Shown piece after piece: positions 1 to 9,980 of a stretch of DNA of 64,000 nt. The position numbers and the translations under genes are program-made. The stretch comes from Candidatus Latescibacterota bacterium (lineage in GTDB: Bacteria; Latescibacterota; UBA2968; UBA8231): NCBI GenBank assembly GCA_965223905.1, contig CBDCXV010000010.1, positions 960,001-1,024,000 of the forward strand. Direction: 5' to 3'. The notes beneath the pieces were generated by a model. It was not told the DNA's origin and searched no databases. It saw only the letters and a list, made by a program, of their open reading frames with translations. Position 1 is the first letter of the stretch. Each line of letters begins with the position of its first letter.

Positions 1-2
1 AG

Positions 3-1013
3 GGAGAGGGCAAAACCCGTACTCTCGGGATCCCCAGCATACGAGACCGCGTGGTCCAAGGGGCGCTCAAGCTGATTCTGGAGCCTATCTTCGAGGCTGA
101 TTTCCAACTGGGGTCGTATGGGTACCGGCCGAAGCGCACGGCCCATCAGGCCATTCAGCGGGTGACGGCAGCAGTGGTTCGGAACAAGACCACGGTAATA
201 GACGTGGACTTGGCTTCGTACTTCGACAGGATCCGCCATGACATCCTGTCAGGGAAAGTGGCGGAACGGGTTGACGACAAGCACGTTCTGAGGCTGTTGA
301 AGTCCCTTCTCAAGACCAGCGGAAAACGCGGCGTTCCTCAAGGGGGTGTCATTTCCCCGCTGCTCAGCAACCTCTACCTCAACGAGGGGGACAAGATGCT
401 GGAGCGGGCGAAACGTGTCACTCAACGAGGGCGGTATACCTATATCGAGTACGTCCGGTTCGCCGATGATCTTGTGATCCTGGTCGACGGCTACCGACGG
501 TGGAAATGGCTCGCCGCGGCGGCCTATCGACGACTTCGGGAGGAATTGGCCAAGCTCGATGTACCGCTCAATCACGACAAGACGCGGCGAATCGACCTTA
601 CCCGGGGCGAGAACTTCGGTTCCCTGGGGTTTGACTTCCGTCGAACCAAGACGCTGCGGGGGATATGGGGCGTGCGCTACGTGCCGACGATGAAGGCACG
701 TACGGCGCTTCTGCGCAAGCTCAAGGAGCTCTTTCGACGTTTTCGCTCCCAACCGATCGATCGGGTCATCGGCCTGATCAACCCGGGGCTGCGCGGGTGG
801 GTCAACTACGTCCGTGTAGGGCAGTCGAGTCGATGCTTTGGGTACGTGAAAGACTGGGTCGAGAAGAAGGTCAGGCGCCATCTGATGCGCGCGCGCAAAG
901 GTCAGGGGTTTGGCTGGAAGAGGTGGAGCAGGCCGTGGCTCTACAAAGAACTCGGGCTCTTCTCCGAGTATCGGGCTGACTCCCACGGGCCGAAAGCCAC
1001 TCCGGTACAATAG
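3..1013 (+). CDS. ltrA: Group II intron reverse transcriptase/maturase, 5'-truncated by the window edge
   Basis: Frame is open from base 3 (GKTRTLGIPSIRDRVVQ). RT motifs SYGYRPKR, DVDLASYFD, GVPQGGVISPLL, YVRFADD and the maturase X region (NPxLRGWVNY) are present; no endonuclease domain. Several conserved residues look degenerate (NEGD, FGSLGF). Confidence 0.93.
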   Translation, partial: GEGKTRTLGIPSIRDRVVQGALKLILEPIFEADFQLGSYGYRPKRTAHQAIQRVTAAVVRNKTTVIDVDLASYFDRIRHDILSGKVAERVDDKHVLRLLKSLLKTSGKRGVPQGGVISPLLSNLYLNEGDKMLERAKRVTQRGRYTYIEYVRFADDLVILVDGYRRWKWLAAAAYRRLREELAKLDVPLNHDKTRRIDLTRGENFGSLGFDFRRTKTLRGIWGVRYVPTMKARTALLRKLKELFRRFRSQPIDRVIGLINPGLRGWVNYVRVGQSSRCFGYVKDWVEKKVRRHLMRARKGQGFGWKRWSRPWLYKELGLFSEYRADSHGPKATPVQ

Positions 1014-1044
1014 GTCCCATAACCCTTGAGAGGAAATCAACAGG

Positions 1045-1267
1045 AAAGCCCGGTGCCGGCAAACGGCACGCCGGGTTTGACGTGGCGGGAGGTGGAAACG
1101 TGACCACGGGAGCCGGACGGAGGCCCATCGCGAAAGCGGTGGTATCGCCACCGGACCCTACCGTCGGCGCGCCAGCTCTCGACCCTCACGGGAGCCGGAC
1201 GGAGGCCCATCGCGAAAGCGGTGGTATCGCCACCGGACCCTGTCGGCGCGCCAGCTCTCGACCCTAC
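1045..1267 (+). ncRNA. Group II intron domain V and extended domain VI (3' end), domain VI partly duplicated
   Basis: 34-nt domain V hairpin aaAGCccggtgccggcaaacggcacgccgggttt (1045-1078) with the AGC triad, then a domain VI stem ending ...ctcgAccctAC at 1267 with a bulged A. Confidence 0.88.
1105..1265. repeat. 82/79-bp tandem duplication within intron domain VI
   Basis: cacgggagccggacgg...ctcgaccct at 1105-1186 and 1187-1265; the second copy lacks 'acc'. Confidence 0.95.
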
Positions 1268-1268
1268 C

Positions 1269-1379
1269 GGAGGGCGGGATGTGGAAACAGAGCATGGGTC
1301 GGCTATCGAGGCACCGGCAGACGAAAGGGCCGGAAACAGATAGCCGAGCCTACACCACCGCGCCACATCCCGACTCTAC
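1269..1379 (+). ncRNA. Orphan domain VI / 3' end of a second, different group II intron
   Basis: gagggcgggatgtgg pairs with ccacatcccg[A]ctct, with internal stems including a GAAA-loop hairpin, ending ...gactctAC. Confidence 0.78.
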
Positions 1380-1511
1380 CCCCTCCAATCACGACGGCGG
1401 TCTTGCCGGTCAGATCGTACATCTCTTTGACGGCCATGAAATGCCTTCCCGCGACGCTACTGGCTCAGTTTGGGTAGAGCTTGACCAGATGCTGGTCCAA
1501 CGAAAAAACTA

Positions 1512-3515
1512 TCAATACATCCAGATCCATCTGCTGCCGCGCATTCCCGTAAAGCCGTCGACGACCATCCAGAATCCGCCCGCAACCACCTGTCCGAGGA
1601 TCAACCCGAGAAAGAACCAGCGGGTGATGCGGTAACCCCTGGGGCCGCTGTATTTCAGCACGCTGGCCTTCACAAGCCAAGCCACGAAAATACTAGACCA
1701 TACCGCTCCCAGGATCCAGGTGCCACCCGCCAGGAAGCCGATGGGGTGCAGCGGCCACCCAGGCAGTCGCTGCTTTGCCAGGATCAACAAGGCTGCCACA
1801 GCAGCTCCCACCCCGGTCCATATCCAGCCAGGCATATACGGCTCGGTCGGGGGAGAGAGCAGGCGGCTGGCGAGCTCCATCGGCTCGCTCGCCCAGCCGC
1901 CGGCGAAGTACCCCCCCAGATTGATGGCGCCGTATCGGTATCCCAACTGCAGCGTTGTGTAGAGCGATCCCACCAGAGAAATGGCCAGCGCCAGTGCCAT
2001 CATACACAGAATGCGGTAGCGGTACTTCTGTAATCCGTGCAGCATGCGAAGTCCGTTTGCCACCGGCGCCATCATGAATACGAGAAGATCACCAGCCCAT
2101 GCGAGAGTAAATCCGGTGGCGAGCATACCGGTCGTACCCAATGACGAGGCCCCCACGCCCGATACGAGAAAACCCGCTGCCGACACGCCAGCTACCGCAG
2201 AGGACAGTCCGGCCTCGACGATCACACGGGTCAGGGCCAGAAAAATGACAAAGGTACCAAAGAGGTACAGCGCCGTCGCCCAGGGCGGCATCCCACTGCG
2301 CCAGATCCACACCGCCATGACGGCGAGACCGGCCAGCAGACCGATGGCGGCGGCGCGATACGACAGGATTTCCCCGTGGTCGCGGTCCCTGACACCTCGT
2401 ACAACCTGCCTGAAGACGTTCCCCAGATGGGCCCGAGCCGTCCACAGGCCTACCGACACCACGACAATCATGGCCCCCATCGTCTGGTGGCTCAGAATCC
2501 CCATCGTGGGCGAATTATAGGTGTGACTGAACGCGTCGAGCCGTTCGGTGTTGTGGAGGCCAACAACGGAACAGACGGCTTCCTGCGATTTCGCCAGCAA
2601 GAAGAAGAGCCACATGCTGAAGGCGATCCCCGTGTTGATGAAGTAGGCCAGACCCATGATCATGAAGTTGGGCCGAATAAGGAGCTCCACCGTATTGGCG
2701 GCCATGAAGAATCGGTGCTCGATATTGAGTCTGGGCACGAACTCGTAATACCCGCTGAGGGCGTTGACGCTGTTGATCAGAAAAGGAACGGCAAACCCCG
2801 CCCACAGGACCGGATTCTTCATGAACGGCTTGATCCGTGATGACGATTCTTCCCCATCCTCGATCATTCCCAGGGGCACCTGAGTCAGGGGGTAGAGCAA
2901 CCGTTCGTTCTCCATCCATTGCCGCCGCATGATGACCATCGAACAGATGAGCACCGTGTAGAACGCTGCCATGAACAGCAACCACAGACTCAGGGGCTCG
3001 AGCCAGGCCGCCCAGGGAATGGCTTGGCCCGCAGCTATCCCCTCATGAAAGCTCCGTACCGATTCCGCATCGTGATTGACGACCCAGGTGGGGATATACG
3101 GGATGAGCTGCTCGGCCCAGTCGTTTTCCGGCGTGGCGTAGTAGATGGCGCCGGCCACCATTCCCAGGGTCGGTCCGCTGAACCCCCTGGAGGGGATGGC
3201 GCTAGCCAGCATCATCATCACAGTGACAAGGAGCAATTCTCCCCGAGTGAGCAGCCAACTTCGCCGGACCGTTCCCAGCACTGGTTGCACGATGACCACC
3301 AGTAAGAACAGCAAGAAGAGCGCGGCTGGGGTAGACGAGCTTAGCCCCAGGCGAGCTCCTTTGATCACGAATTCTCCGTAGGGAATACCGGCGGCGATCA
3401 CGCCGCTGAGCAGTACGCCCACCGCCATACCCCGAAAACGGATCGTGGAAGGCGAGATGTGTTTCTCTTCTTTCACGCGGAAAATGTTACTCAGAAAGAC
3501 AAACCTATTCAACAT
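1512..3515 (-). CDS. DUF6785/DUF6784-family polytopic membrane protein (putative transporter), paralog 1
   Basis: Many hydrophobic segments; family motifs RRQWxxxERLxYPL and WPLHPIG. True start may lie slightly downstream. Confidence 0.8.
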   Translation of the reverse strand: MLNRFVFLSNIFRVKEEKHISPSTIRFRGMAVGVLLSGVIAAGIPYGEFVIKGARLGLSSSTPAALFLLFLLVVIVQPVLGTVRRSWLLTRGELLLVTVMMMLASAIPSRGFSGPTLGMVAGAIYYATPENDWAEQLIPYIPTWVVNHDAESVRSFHEGIAAGQAIPWAAWLEPLSLWLLFMAAFYTVLICSMVIMRRQWMENERLLYPLTQVPLGMIEDGEESSSRIKPFMKNPVLWAGFAVPFLINSVNALSGYYEFVPRLNIEHRFFMAANTVELLIRPNFMIMGLAYFINTGIAFSMWLFFLLAKSQEAVCSVVGLHNTERLDAFSHTYNSPTMGILSHQTMGAMIVVVSVGLWTARAHLGNVFRQVVRGVRDRDHGEILSYRAAAIGLLAGLAVMAVWIWRSGMPPWATALYLFGTFVIFLALTRVIVEAGLSSAVAGVSAAGFLVSGVGASSLGTTGMLATGFTLAWAGDLLVFMMAPVANGLRMLHGLQKYRYRILCMMALALAISLVGSLYTTLQLGYRYGAINLGGYFAGGWASEPMELASRLLSPPTEPYMPGWIWTGVGAAVAALLILAKQRLPGWPLHPIGFLAGGTWILGAVWSSIFVAWLVKASVLKYSGPRGYRITRWFFLGLILGQVVAGGFWMVVDGFTGMRGSRWIWMY

Positions 3516-3708
3516 TTCAGAACGGCCTTAACCTCCCCTTTGATCACATTGCCCCAGTAGCCTCACTAGCAGATATTCGCCCGATGGAAATACGAACCCC
3601 GCGTTAGACCAAGCGGGTGCGCCGGGACCTGTGGGATCCACGCCAAAGAGGCTCTCATTCCGCAAGCGCTTCCGGACCACAACACATAACGATCGGATTG
3701 CAGAGCCG

Positions 3709-5619
3709 ATGACGGTCCCCGGATTGGTCGAGATCAGGGCAACTCAGGTATCGCCGCCCCCCGGATGGGCGCTCCTGGAACGCCAGTTGATGAAACTCAT
3801 GGAGGAAGCCGTTGCGCCGATGGTCGACAAATACGCGGAGAGAGGTGGAGCTTTCTACTACGCCGACGACGTAGACGACCTGTACGAAAGGGCATATAAC
3901 TGGGGCCTGTTCTACGCCATGGGGGCAGGCAGGCAGGTGCTCGACCTCGGGTTGCAGCAGTGGCACGCAACCACCCGTTTCTTCGCCGACGATATCGTCA
4001 GTCGCGTCCACCCCCGCTTCAAGCCTCAGATCCACAATGAATACTACAACTTGGCAACACCCGGTGGGAGTGAGTGGTACCACAAGGGCGAGGCCAACAT
4101 GGCTTTCTACCATTTCGGCCTGGCCGACCCCACCATTTCGGAAAACGTGCGCCGCGCCAGACGATTTGCAGCCTTCTACATGGACGAGGATCCCGATGCC
4201 CCCAACTACGATCCCCAACACAAGATCTTCCGCAGTCCCATGCAGTCGAGCATCGGCCCCTGGCGCCATACCAGTCTCGATAATGCGATCGGCTATCTTC
4301 AAGGAGGGGGCCAGAAGCCCCCCAAATATTACGGCGCACGGGCCACCCTTCGTCCGGTGGTTGAGGATCTAGAGCCGGACTGGTTTGAAAACCCCGAGCG
4401 TCGGGACGAAATACTAAAGCTATTCGACGAGATCGTCCTCAAAGGCGACGTCCCCCACAGCCTCGGTTCGACCGCCCTCATGACCAACGCCTACCTCTAC
4501 ACCGGCGAGGACAAGTACAGGCAGTGGGTGCTGGACTATACGGAAGCGTGGATGGAGCGCATGCAGCGCAACAACGGCATCATGCCCGACAACGTCGGAC
4601 CGACCGGCCAGATCGGCGAAAACCGTCAGGGCCAGTGGTGGGGCGGGCTCTACGGCTGGAACAGCTTCGTCGGTCACTACATAATATTCAGCTCGCTCAC
4701 CATCGCCGCCGAATGCGCCCTCCTGCTCACCGGCGACTTCAGCTATCTGGAGCTGCTGCGCTCGCAGATCAAGCTCCTCATGGACAACGCCATCACCCGC
4801 GAGGACGGCCAGCTCCTTCTGCCGGCCCGCTATGGCCCCGATGGCTGGGAGTACGCGATGGAGAATTACGACCATGAGAAGGGCCGGTTTGTACCGTACC
4901 GCATGCAGGAGCTGGCCCACCTCTACCACGCCTCCATGGCCGCCGAAGATTACGACCTCATCGTCAGAATTCGGGAGACCGACAAAATGCGCGATTGGAA
5001 CCACGTGCCGGTCCTCGGAGAAAAGAGCTACGCCGACACCGAACTGGCCCGCTTCCAGTACTACGACGGCAAGAACCCGGACTGGCCGATGAAGATCCTG
5101 CAGGCCGAGTACGAGAATGCCCAGACTGCCTTTGAGACGATACATAGTGAGACCCGCGACGCCCGGACCCTGATCGCGGACAACCCCGAATCCCCCAATC
5201 CGGTTTACACCAAGGGCTTGACGCAAGTGACGATGGGGGCACCGCAATCGGTGTACACTGGCGGGCTCCTGCGAGCGACCGTGCGTTATTTCGATTCAGA
5301 CCGAGTCCGGCCCGGCTTGCCCCCCGACGTGGCCGCTCTGGTCGACAGACTGGACGCCGAGAGTGCCGGCGTTCATCTGGTCAACTTGAACACCAGCGAG
5401 ACACGAAGTCTGATCGTACAGGCCGGGGCCTTCGCCGAGCACGAGTTTACTGAACTGACGCATGCCGATCAGACCATCCCCGTGGAGTCGAAGTACTTCG
5501 CGGTCCAGCTGCCACCCGCTGCATCCATCCGGCTGGATGTGGGGATGCGCCGCTTTGCACATCGTCCCACCTATGCCTTTCCTTGGCACGGGGACGAAAT
5601 ACCGGTGCCCTACCAGTAG
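3709..5619 (+). CDS. Conserved hypothetical protein, possibly an (alpha/alpha)-barrel carbohydrate-active enzyme
   Basis: Long ORF with strong codon bias, aromatic/acidic-rich motifs (DDVDDLYE, EWYHKGE, PDNVG, WWGGLYGW) and a beta-sandwich-like C terminus. Function is inferred only. Confidence 0.6.
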   Translation: MTVPGLVEIRATQVSPPPGWALLERQLMKLMEEAVAPMVDKYAERGGAFYYADDVDDLYERAYNWGLFYAMGAGRQVLDLGLQQWHATTRFFADDIVSRVHPRFKPQIHNEYYNLATPGGSEWYHKGEANMAFYHFGLADPTISENVRRARRFAAFYMDEDPDAPNYDPQHKIFRSPMQSSIGPWRHTSLDNAIGYLQGGGQKPPKYYGARATLRPVVEDLEPDWFENPERRDEILKLFDEIVLKGDVPHSLGSTALMTNAYLYTGEDKYRQWVLDYTEAWMERMQRNNGIMPDNVGPTGQIGENRQGQWWGGLYGWNSFVGHYIIFSSLTIAAECALLLTGDFSYLELLRSQIKLLMDNAITREDGQLLLPARYGPDGWEYAMENYDHEKGRFVPYRMQELAHLYHASMAAEDYDLIVRIRETDKMRDWNHVPVLGEKSYADTELARFQYYDGKNPDWPMKILQAEYENAQTAFETIHSETRDARTLIADNPESPNPVYTKGLTQVTMGAPQSVYTGGLLRATVRYFDSDRVRPGLPPDVAALVDRLDAESAGVHLVNLNTSETRSLIVQAGAFAEHEFTELTHADQTIPVESKYFAVQLPPAASIRLDVGMRRFAHRPTYAFPWHGDEIPVPYQ

Positions 5620-5775
5620 TGCAGATGTGCTACCTGCGGAAGGTGATCGAATCGATCGATGCTCTCACCACGCCTCCCCGCTTGCCTCCTGCCCGCGACC
5701 GCCTGAAAGCCGTCTCGACGTGACTTTCTCCGAGGAATCGCTTCTCGTGAGGGAACACATCCGCAAACGTGCCAG

Positions 5776-5987
5776 ATGGTCGGCATCCGCATCGCCGCCA
5801 TTGCCGAGCTCAATCCCGAAAAGGCGAAAACCGCCTACGAACGGGGTGGCATCGCCAGAGTCGTGGCTCTCCCAGACGGCCACTCGCCCGCGAATCGCTC
5901 GCTTTTACGATTTCTGCCGAGAGTAAAGTCGGCGAAGGGACGACGTTGATGCTGCGGATCAGGAACTACCGGCTTGAGGCTGGATAG
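5776..5987 (+). pseudogene. Chimeric gene remnants: NAD(P)-binding oxidoreductase fragment plus histidine-kinase HATPase C-terminal fragment
   Basis: MVGIRIAAIAELNPEKAKTAYERGG followed in another frame by FTISAESKVGEGTTLML. Confidence 0.45.
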
Positions 5988-6163
5988 GCTGGTCCTCTGC
6001 TCTGACTCTCACCTTTTCAGGTGTGAAAAGATTTCTATGTCATGGAACGAGAGGAAGCCCCGCTTTTCACAAAGCCGGATGACTCGGTGCGCCGTCGTTT
6101 CCATGATCTGCTGAAGTCGGGGGACGTTAGCGCGGCGAGCGCCGTCACCAGCTTTAGCTCGAG

Positions 6164-7876
6164 ATGACTGGTAACGGAATGCCATATCGCTGTTCCCCGC
6201 GTATCCTCTTCAACACGGACGGGTGCCAGGCCTTCAAATACCTGCGTCGCCGCGATCCGAGCGATGTCACTGAGTTGATGGTACCGCTCTCCGAGACTGC
6301 AGTCGATGTCGTCTGCGCCCTCGTGGGTATCAACGACGATCTCTCCTGGCGGGGCAGCCCCTACGGCGAAGTCTGGGGGGATACCATCGGTCACAGCATC
6401 GACGATCTGATCGCAGCAGACGGCAGTTTCCGCTCGAATCTGGCCTCCGGGATCGAGCCCAGCGACCTGCTGCAGATGGGCTTGCGGGCCATGATCGATG
6501 ACGGTCACGACGTCTTCCAGCTCTACGTGGATCGTGCGCGCGAACTGGGTCTGGGAATCTTTGCCTCGTTTCGCATGAATGCAGCTAATGCCAATACCGA
6601 GCACCGCGTGGCTGACGGCCGCCGTTCCGCCATGACATTGAACCGCCAGGATCTGCTTATCGGAGCGCCGGCGCTGAGCGGCAATGGCCGCGGCTTCAAT
6701 TTCTGCTGGCAATGGGATTACGCCCACGCAGAAGTGCGCGAGCGTTTTCTCGGTCGTTTCGACGAGGTTCTCACGCGCTACGACGTGGATGGGCTGGAGC
6801 TGGATTTCTGCCGCAACTTCCCTTTCTTCAAACGCTTTCAGGGATTCAAGCATATCGAGACCATGAACGGCTTCATGGGCCAGGTCAGGGAGATCGTACG
6901 CCGCCATGCCAAACGCAAAGCAACCGAGATCAAGCTGATGTGCCGGGTGGCTTCCAGCCTGGATGCCTGCGCCGAGCAGGGCCTGGACGCGGAACACTGG
7001 ATCCGGGAAGACCTCGTCGATATCGCCGCGATCTCGTCCATGGGTCACTGGCAATTGGATAACGACGTAGCCAGAGCTGTAGCCGCCGCGGAGAAAACCG
7101 GAGCCCTGATATACGTCGGATCTTCCATGGTCCCTCCAACCTCGCCGCAGGAGGGCTACGAGACCGGCCAACCTTCGGTTCGGCGGGCGATCGCCCTGAA
7201 TGCCTACCGGCAGGGGGCAGCTGGGGTGCACCTGTTCAACTACGACTACGCACACGAGCGGGCATTGCCGGAAGCTCCCGACGACCCCAGCGACCTGCCC
7301 GAGGTGGAGTATCCGCCCATATACAACGGACGTATGGGCCTGTACGCCTCGGACCGCTTCACACGCAAGGACCTGCAGCTGTTGCGCGATCTCGCCGATC
7401 CGGAGAGCCTTGCTCGGCTGGACCGCTGCTACAACCTTAACGCCAAGAAGCTTCCCGGTGATTTCGAGGCACAGATTCCGTTCAAGATCTCGCTTCGGGG
7501 CCGGGGCGCCGGCCCCCTTCACGGCCTGCGCTTGTGTCTCGAGGACGATGTTAAGGAGGGGCAGCACAGCGGCCGCATCCACAAGACTGAGTTGCGGCTG
7601 CAGCTGACTGAACACGAGGCGAACATACAACGCCTCTCTTGCGAGGTGAACGGCAAACGCGTCGATCTCGCGAACGCCCGGACCATAAGTAATTCAGCCG
7701 GCGAATTCTGGCTTGTGGTGGACGATCCGCCCCTGAAAAACGGCGAAAACACGGTATTGATCCTGCTGGAGGGCAGCCAGTCTCCGAACGGCTGGCACCG
7801 CACCGGGTCGGGCGTGGGGCCGAACTGGCCGACCCTGGAAAAGTGTGAATTGCTGGTGATCTGCGGCACTGAGTAA
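6164..7876 (+). CDS. Family 10 glycosylhydrolase-like (GHL10/DUF187-type TIM barrel) protein
   Basis: Motifs ILFNTDG, FASFRMN, WDYAHAEVRE, RYDVDGLELDF, GVHLFNY. Confidence 0.75.
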   Translation: MTGNGMPYRCSPRILFNTDGCQAFKYLRRRDPSDVTELMVPLSETAVDVVCALVGINDDLSWRGSPYGEVWGDTIGHSIDDLIAADGSFRSNLASGIEPSDLLQMGLRAMIDDGHDVFQLYVDRARELGLGIFASFRMNAANANTEHRVADGRRSAMTLNRQDLLIGAPALSGNGRGFNFCWQWDYAHAEVRERFLGRFDEVLTRYDVDGLELDFCRNFPFFKRFQGFKHIETMNGFMGQVREIVRRHAKRKATEIKLMCRVASSLDACAEQGLDAEHWIREDLVDIAAISSMGHWQLDNDVARAVAAAEKTGALIYVGSSMVPPTSPQEGYETGQPSVRRAIALNAYRQGAAGVHLFNYDYAHERALPEAPDDPSDLPEVEYPPIYNGRMGLYASDRFTRKDLQLLRDLADPESLARLDRCYNLNAKKLPGDFEAQIPFKISLRGRGAGPLHGLRLCLEDDVKEGQHSGRIHKTELRLQLTEHEANIQRLSCEVNGKRVDLANARTISNSAGEFWLVVDDPPLKNGENTVLILLEGSQSPNGWHRTGSGVGPNWPTLEKCELLVICGTE

Positions 7877-7880
7877 AGGA

Positions 7881-8236
7881 ATGGTCATGCCTGGCAAGCA
7901 GGTCGAAAAGCTCTCTACCAAACCCAATCTGCTCTTCATTTCCACCGACCAGCAACGGTTCGACACCCTGCGCTGTTACGGCAACGAGCTCATCCATACA
8001 CCCAATATGAACGCCCTGGCGGATGAGAGCTTCGTGTTCCAGAGCGCCTATGTGACGCAACCTCTGTGTTCGCCGGCGCGGTCCAGCATCATGACCGGGC
8101 TATATCCCCACACCAACGGCTGCATTCACCTCAACATCCCCCTGCAATCCAGTACGGCCACCCTGGCCGAGATGGTCTCGTCCGACTACGTCTGTGGCCA
8201 CTTCGGCAAGTGGCATTTGGGCGACGAGATTTTCCC
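7881..8236 (+). pseudogene. Sulfatase N-terminal fragment
   Basis: KPNLLFISTDQQR, CSPARSSIMTG (CxPxR formylglycine motif), GKWHLG; truncated after about 118 aa. Confidence 0.88.
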
Positions 8237-8521
8237 GTCGCTGGACATGTAGTTGAAGTCTTCGCCCAACAGGTCGGCACCGATGCCTTCGATGCGCTCG
8301 TCGTCGAGCAGGGCGCACAGGTAGGGGTGCTGGTCGATGAAGGGCACGAGCGATGAGCGCTGTTGCTGGTCGTGGGGACGATGGTAGTGGCCGCCGCCGT
8401 ACTCCGCCCACACGTCCTCGAAGGCCTGAGTGATGGCCTCGGCTTCAGCGGCGAGCAGACCTGGGAAACTCAAATAGCCGAAAGTTTCGAAGAAATTCAT
8501 CTGCTGTTCGGTCAGGGACAT
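8233..8521 (-). pseudogene. Phytanoyl-CoA dioxygenase (PhyH)-family N-terminal fragment
   Basis: MSLTEQQMNFFETFGYLSFPGLL...DLLGEDFNY; truncated before the HxD motif and abutting the sulfatase fragment. Confidence 0.8.
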
Positions 8522-8750
8522 CGACACCTCCGTCACAGGCACCGCAGTAGCTTGCTGCAGGCCTCACCGAGCGCCAACTTACCGGGCAGCAGACCGCTCG
8601 TCAATTCTCGCCAAAATGCACCACACACGCGCACCGATCGCCGAAGTGCGGTGACGAACCATGGACGATCCTCTCAAGTTTGCCATTCGGCTTCTGACAG
8701 CGCTCTTTCAAAACTGATATGAATCGACACCTGGACAGAAGGACAATCTG

Positions 8751-9830
8751 ATGAACTCGACGCAGACCAAGGCCCGCCTCGGCTTTATAGGCGCCGGCTG
8801 GTGGGCCACCAGCAACCACATGCCGCTCCTTGTCGTCCGCGACGACGTCGAACTGGTCGGCGTCTGTCGGCTGGGCAACAACGAACTCCAGCGAGTCAAA
8901 AACCGCTTCCTTCGGTTTCGGCTACGCCACGGAGGACTATCTGGAGCTTCTGGACAACTGCGAACTGGACGGTGTGATCGTCGCCTCGCCCCACACCCTG
9001 CACTACGAGCACGCGTCAGCCGCTCTGTCTAGAGGCCTGCACGTCATGTGCGAAAAACCCATGACCACCAGCGCCGACCACGCGCGACAGCTGGGGCGCC
9101 TGGCCGGCGAAAAGAACTGCCATCTCCTCGTCCCGTACGGTTGGCACTGCAAACCGTTCGTACAGCAGGCCAGAAAACTCATGGATGATTCGGCCGTCGG
9201 CCAGATCGAATTCGTCCTTTGCCACATGGCCTCCCCCATCCGCGGCCTGCTTTCGGGCGAAGGGATGCACATCGAAGCCGTATCCGGCCAGGAAGAAGCC
9301 AACCTCTTCGATCCCGACCCGGCCACCTGGGCCGATCCCGAGGTGGCCGACGGAGGATACGGCTACGCCCAGATCTCCCACTCCTCCGGCATGCTCTTCT
9401 GGCTCACCGGCCTGCGGGCAGAAAGCGTCTTCGCCGTTATGACCGCCCCCGGAGCACAGGCGATCTCTACAATGCCTTCAGCGTGCGATTCGAGGACAGC
9501 GTCATCGGCACTGTCAGCGGTGCGAGCTCGGTACCTGCCGACCAGACTTTCCAGGTCGATTTGCGCATCTTCGGCACCGAGGGCATGCTGCTGCTCGACT
9601 GCGAGCGCGCCCGTCTCCACCTTCGTCGCCACGATGGCAAGCACCACGTCGAGGAAGTAGCGGCAGACTCCGGCGGCTACGAGTGCAGTGGCCCGCCCAA
9701 CAACTTCGTCGACCTGATCTTACGAAAGACCGACGTCAATTGGGCACCTGGAGAGGCGGCCATGCGTGGCGTGGAAATGCTCGATGCCGCCTACCGCTCG
9801 GCAGCTTCAGGCCGCGAAGAGCACGTCTGA
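8751..9830 (+). pseudogene. Gfo/Idh/MocA oxidoreductase with two frameshifts
   Basis: LGFIGAGWWA, HVMCEKPM, SHSSG. A 4-bp cttc duplication at 8906-8913 and a 1-bp deletion near 9460 split it over three frames. Confidence 0.88.
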
Positions 9831-9980
9831 GATTACGTGTGGCACTGTAGAAATCGCGTGTGCCCGAACCGCGACTCTGCACAGGCCGTTAATCTGCTGT
9901 CGGTCACAAACGGACGGTCAGCCCGCGCGTCCACTCGTTTCGTGACCGCGACTGTTCACGCAGAGCGAGCCGCCGCACCA

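Noticed and set aside
3-1379. RT plus adjacent repeats as a DGR, retron or CRISPR-associated RT
   Set aside because: Maturase domain and canonical domain V/VI identify a group II intron; the repeat pair shows no adenine-specific differences.
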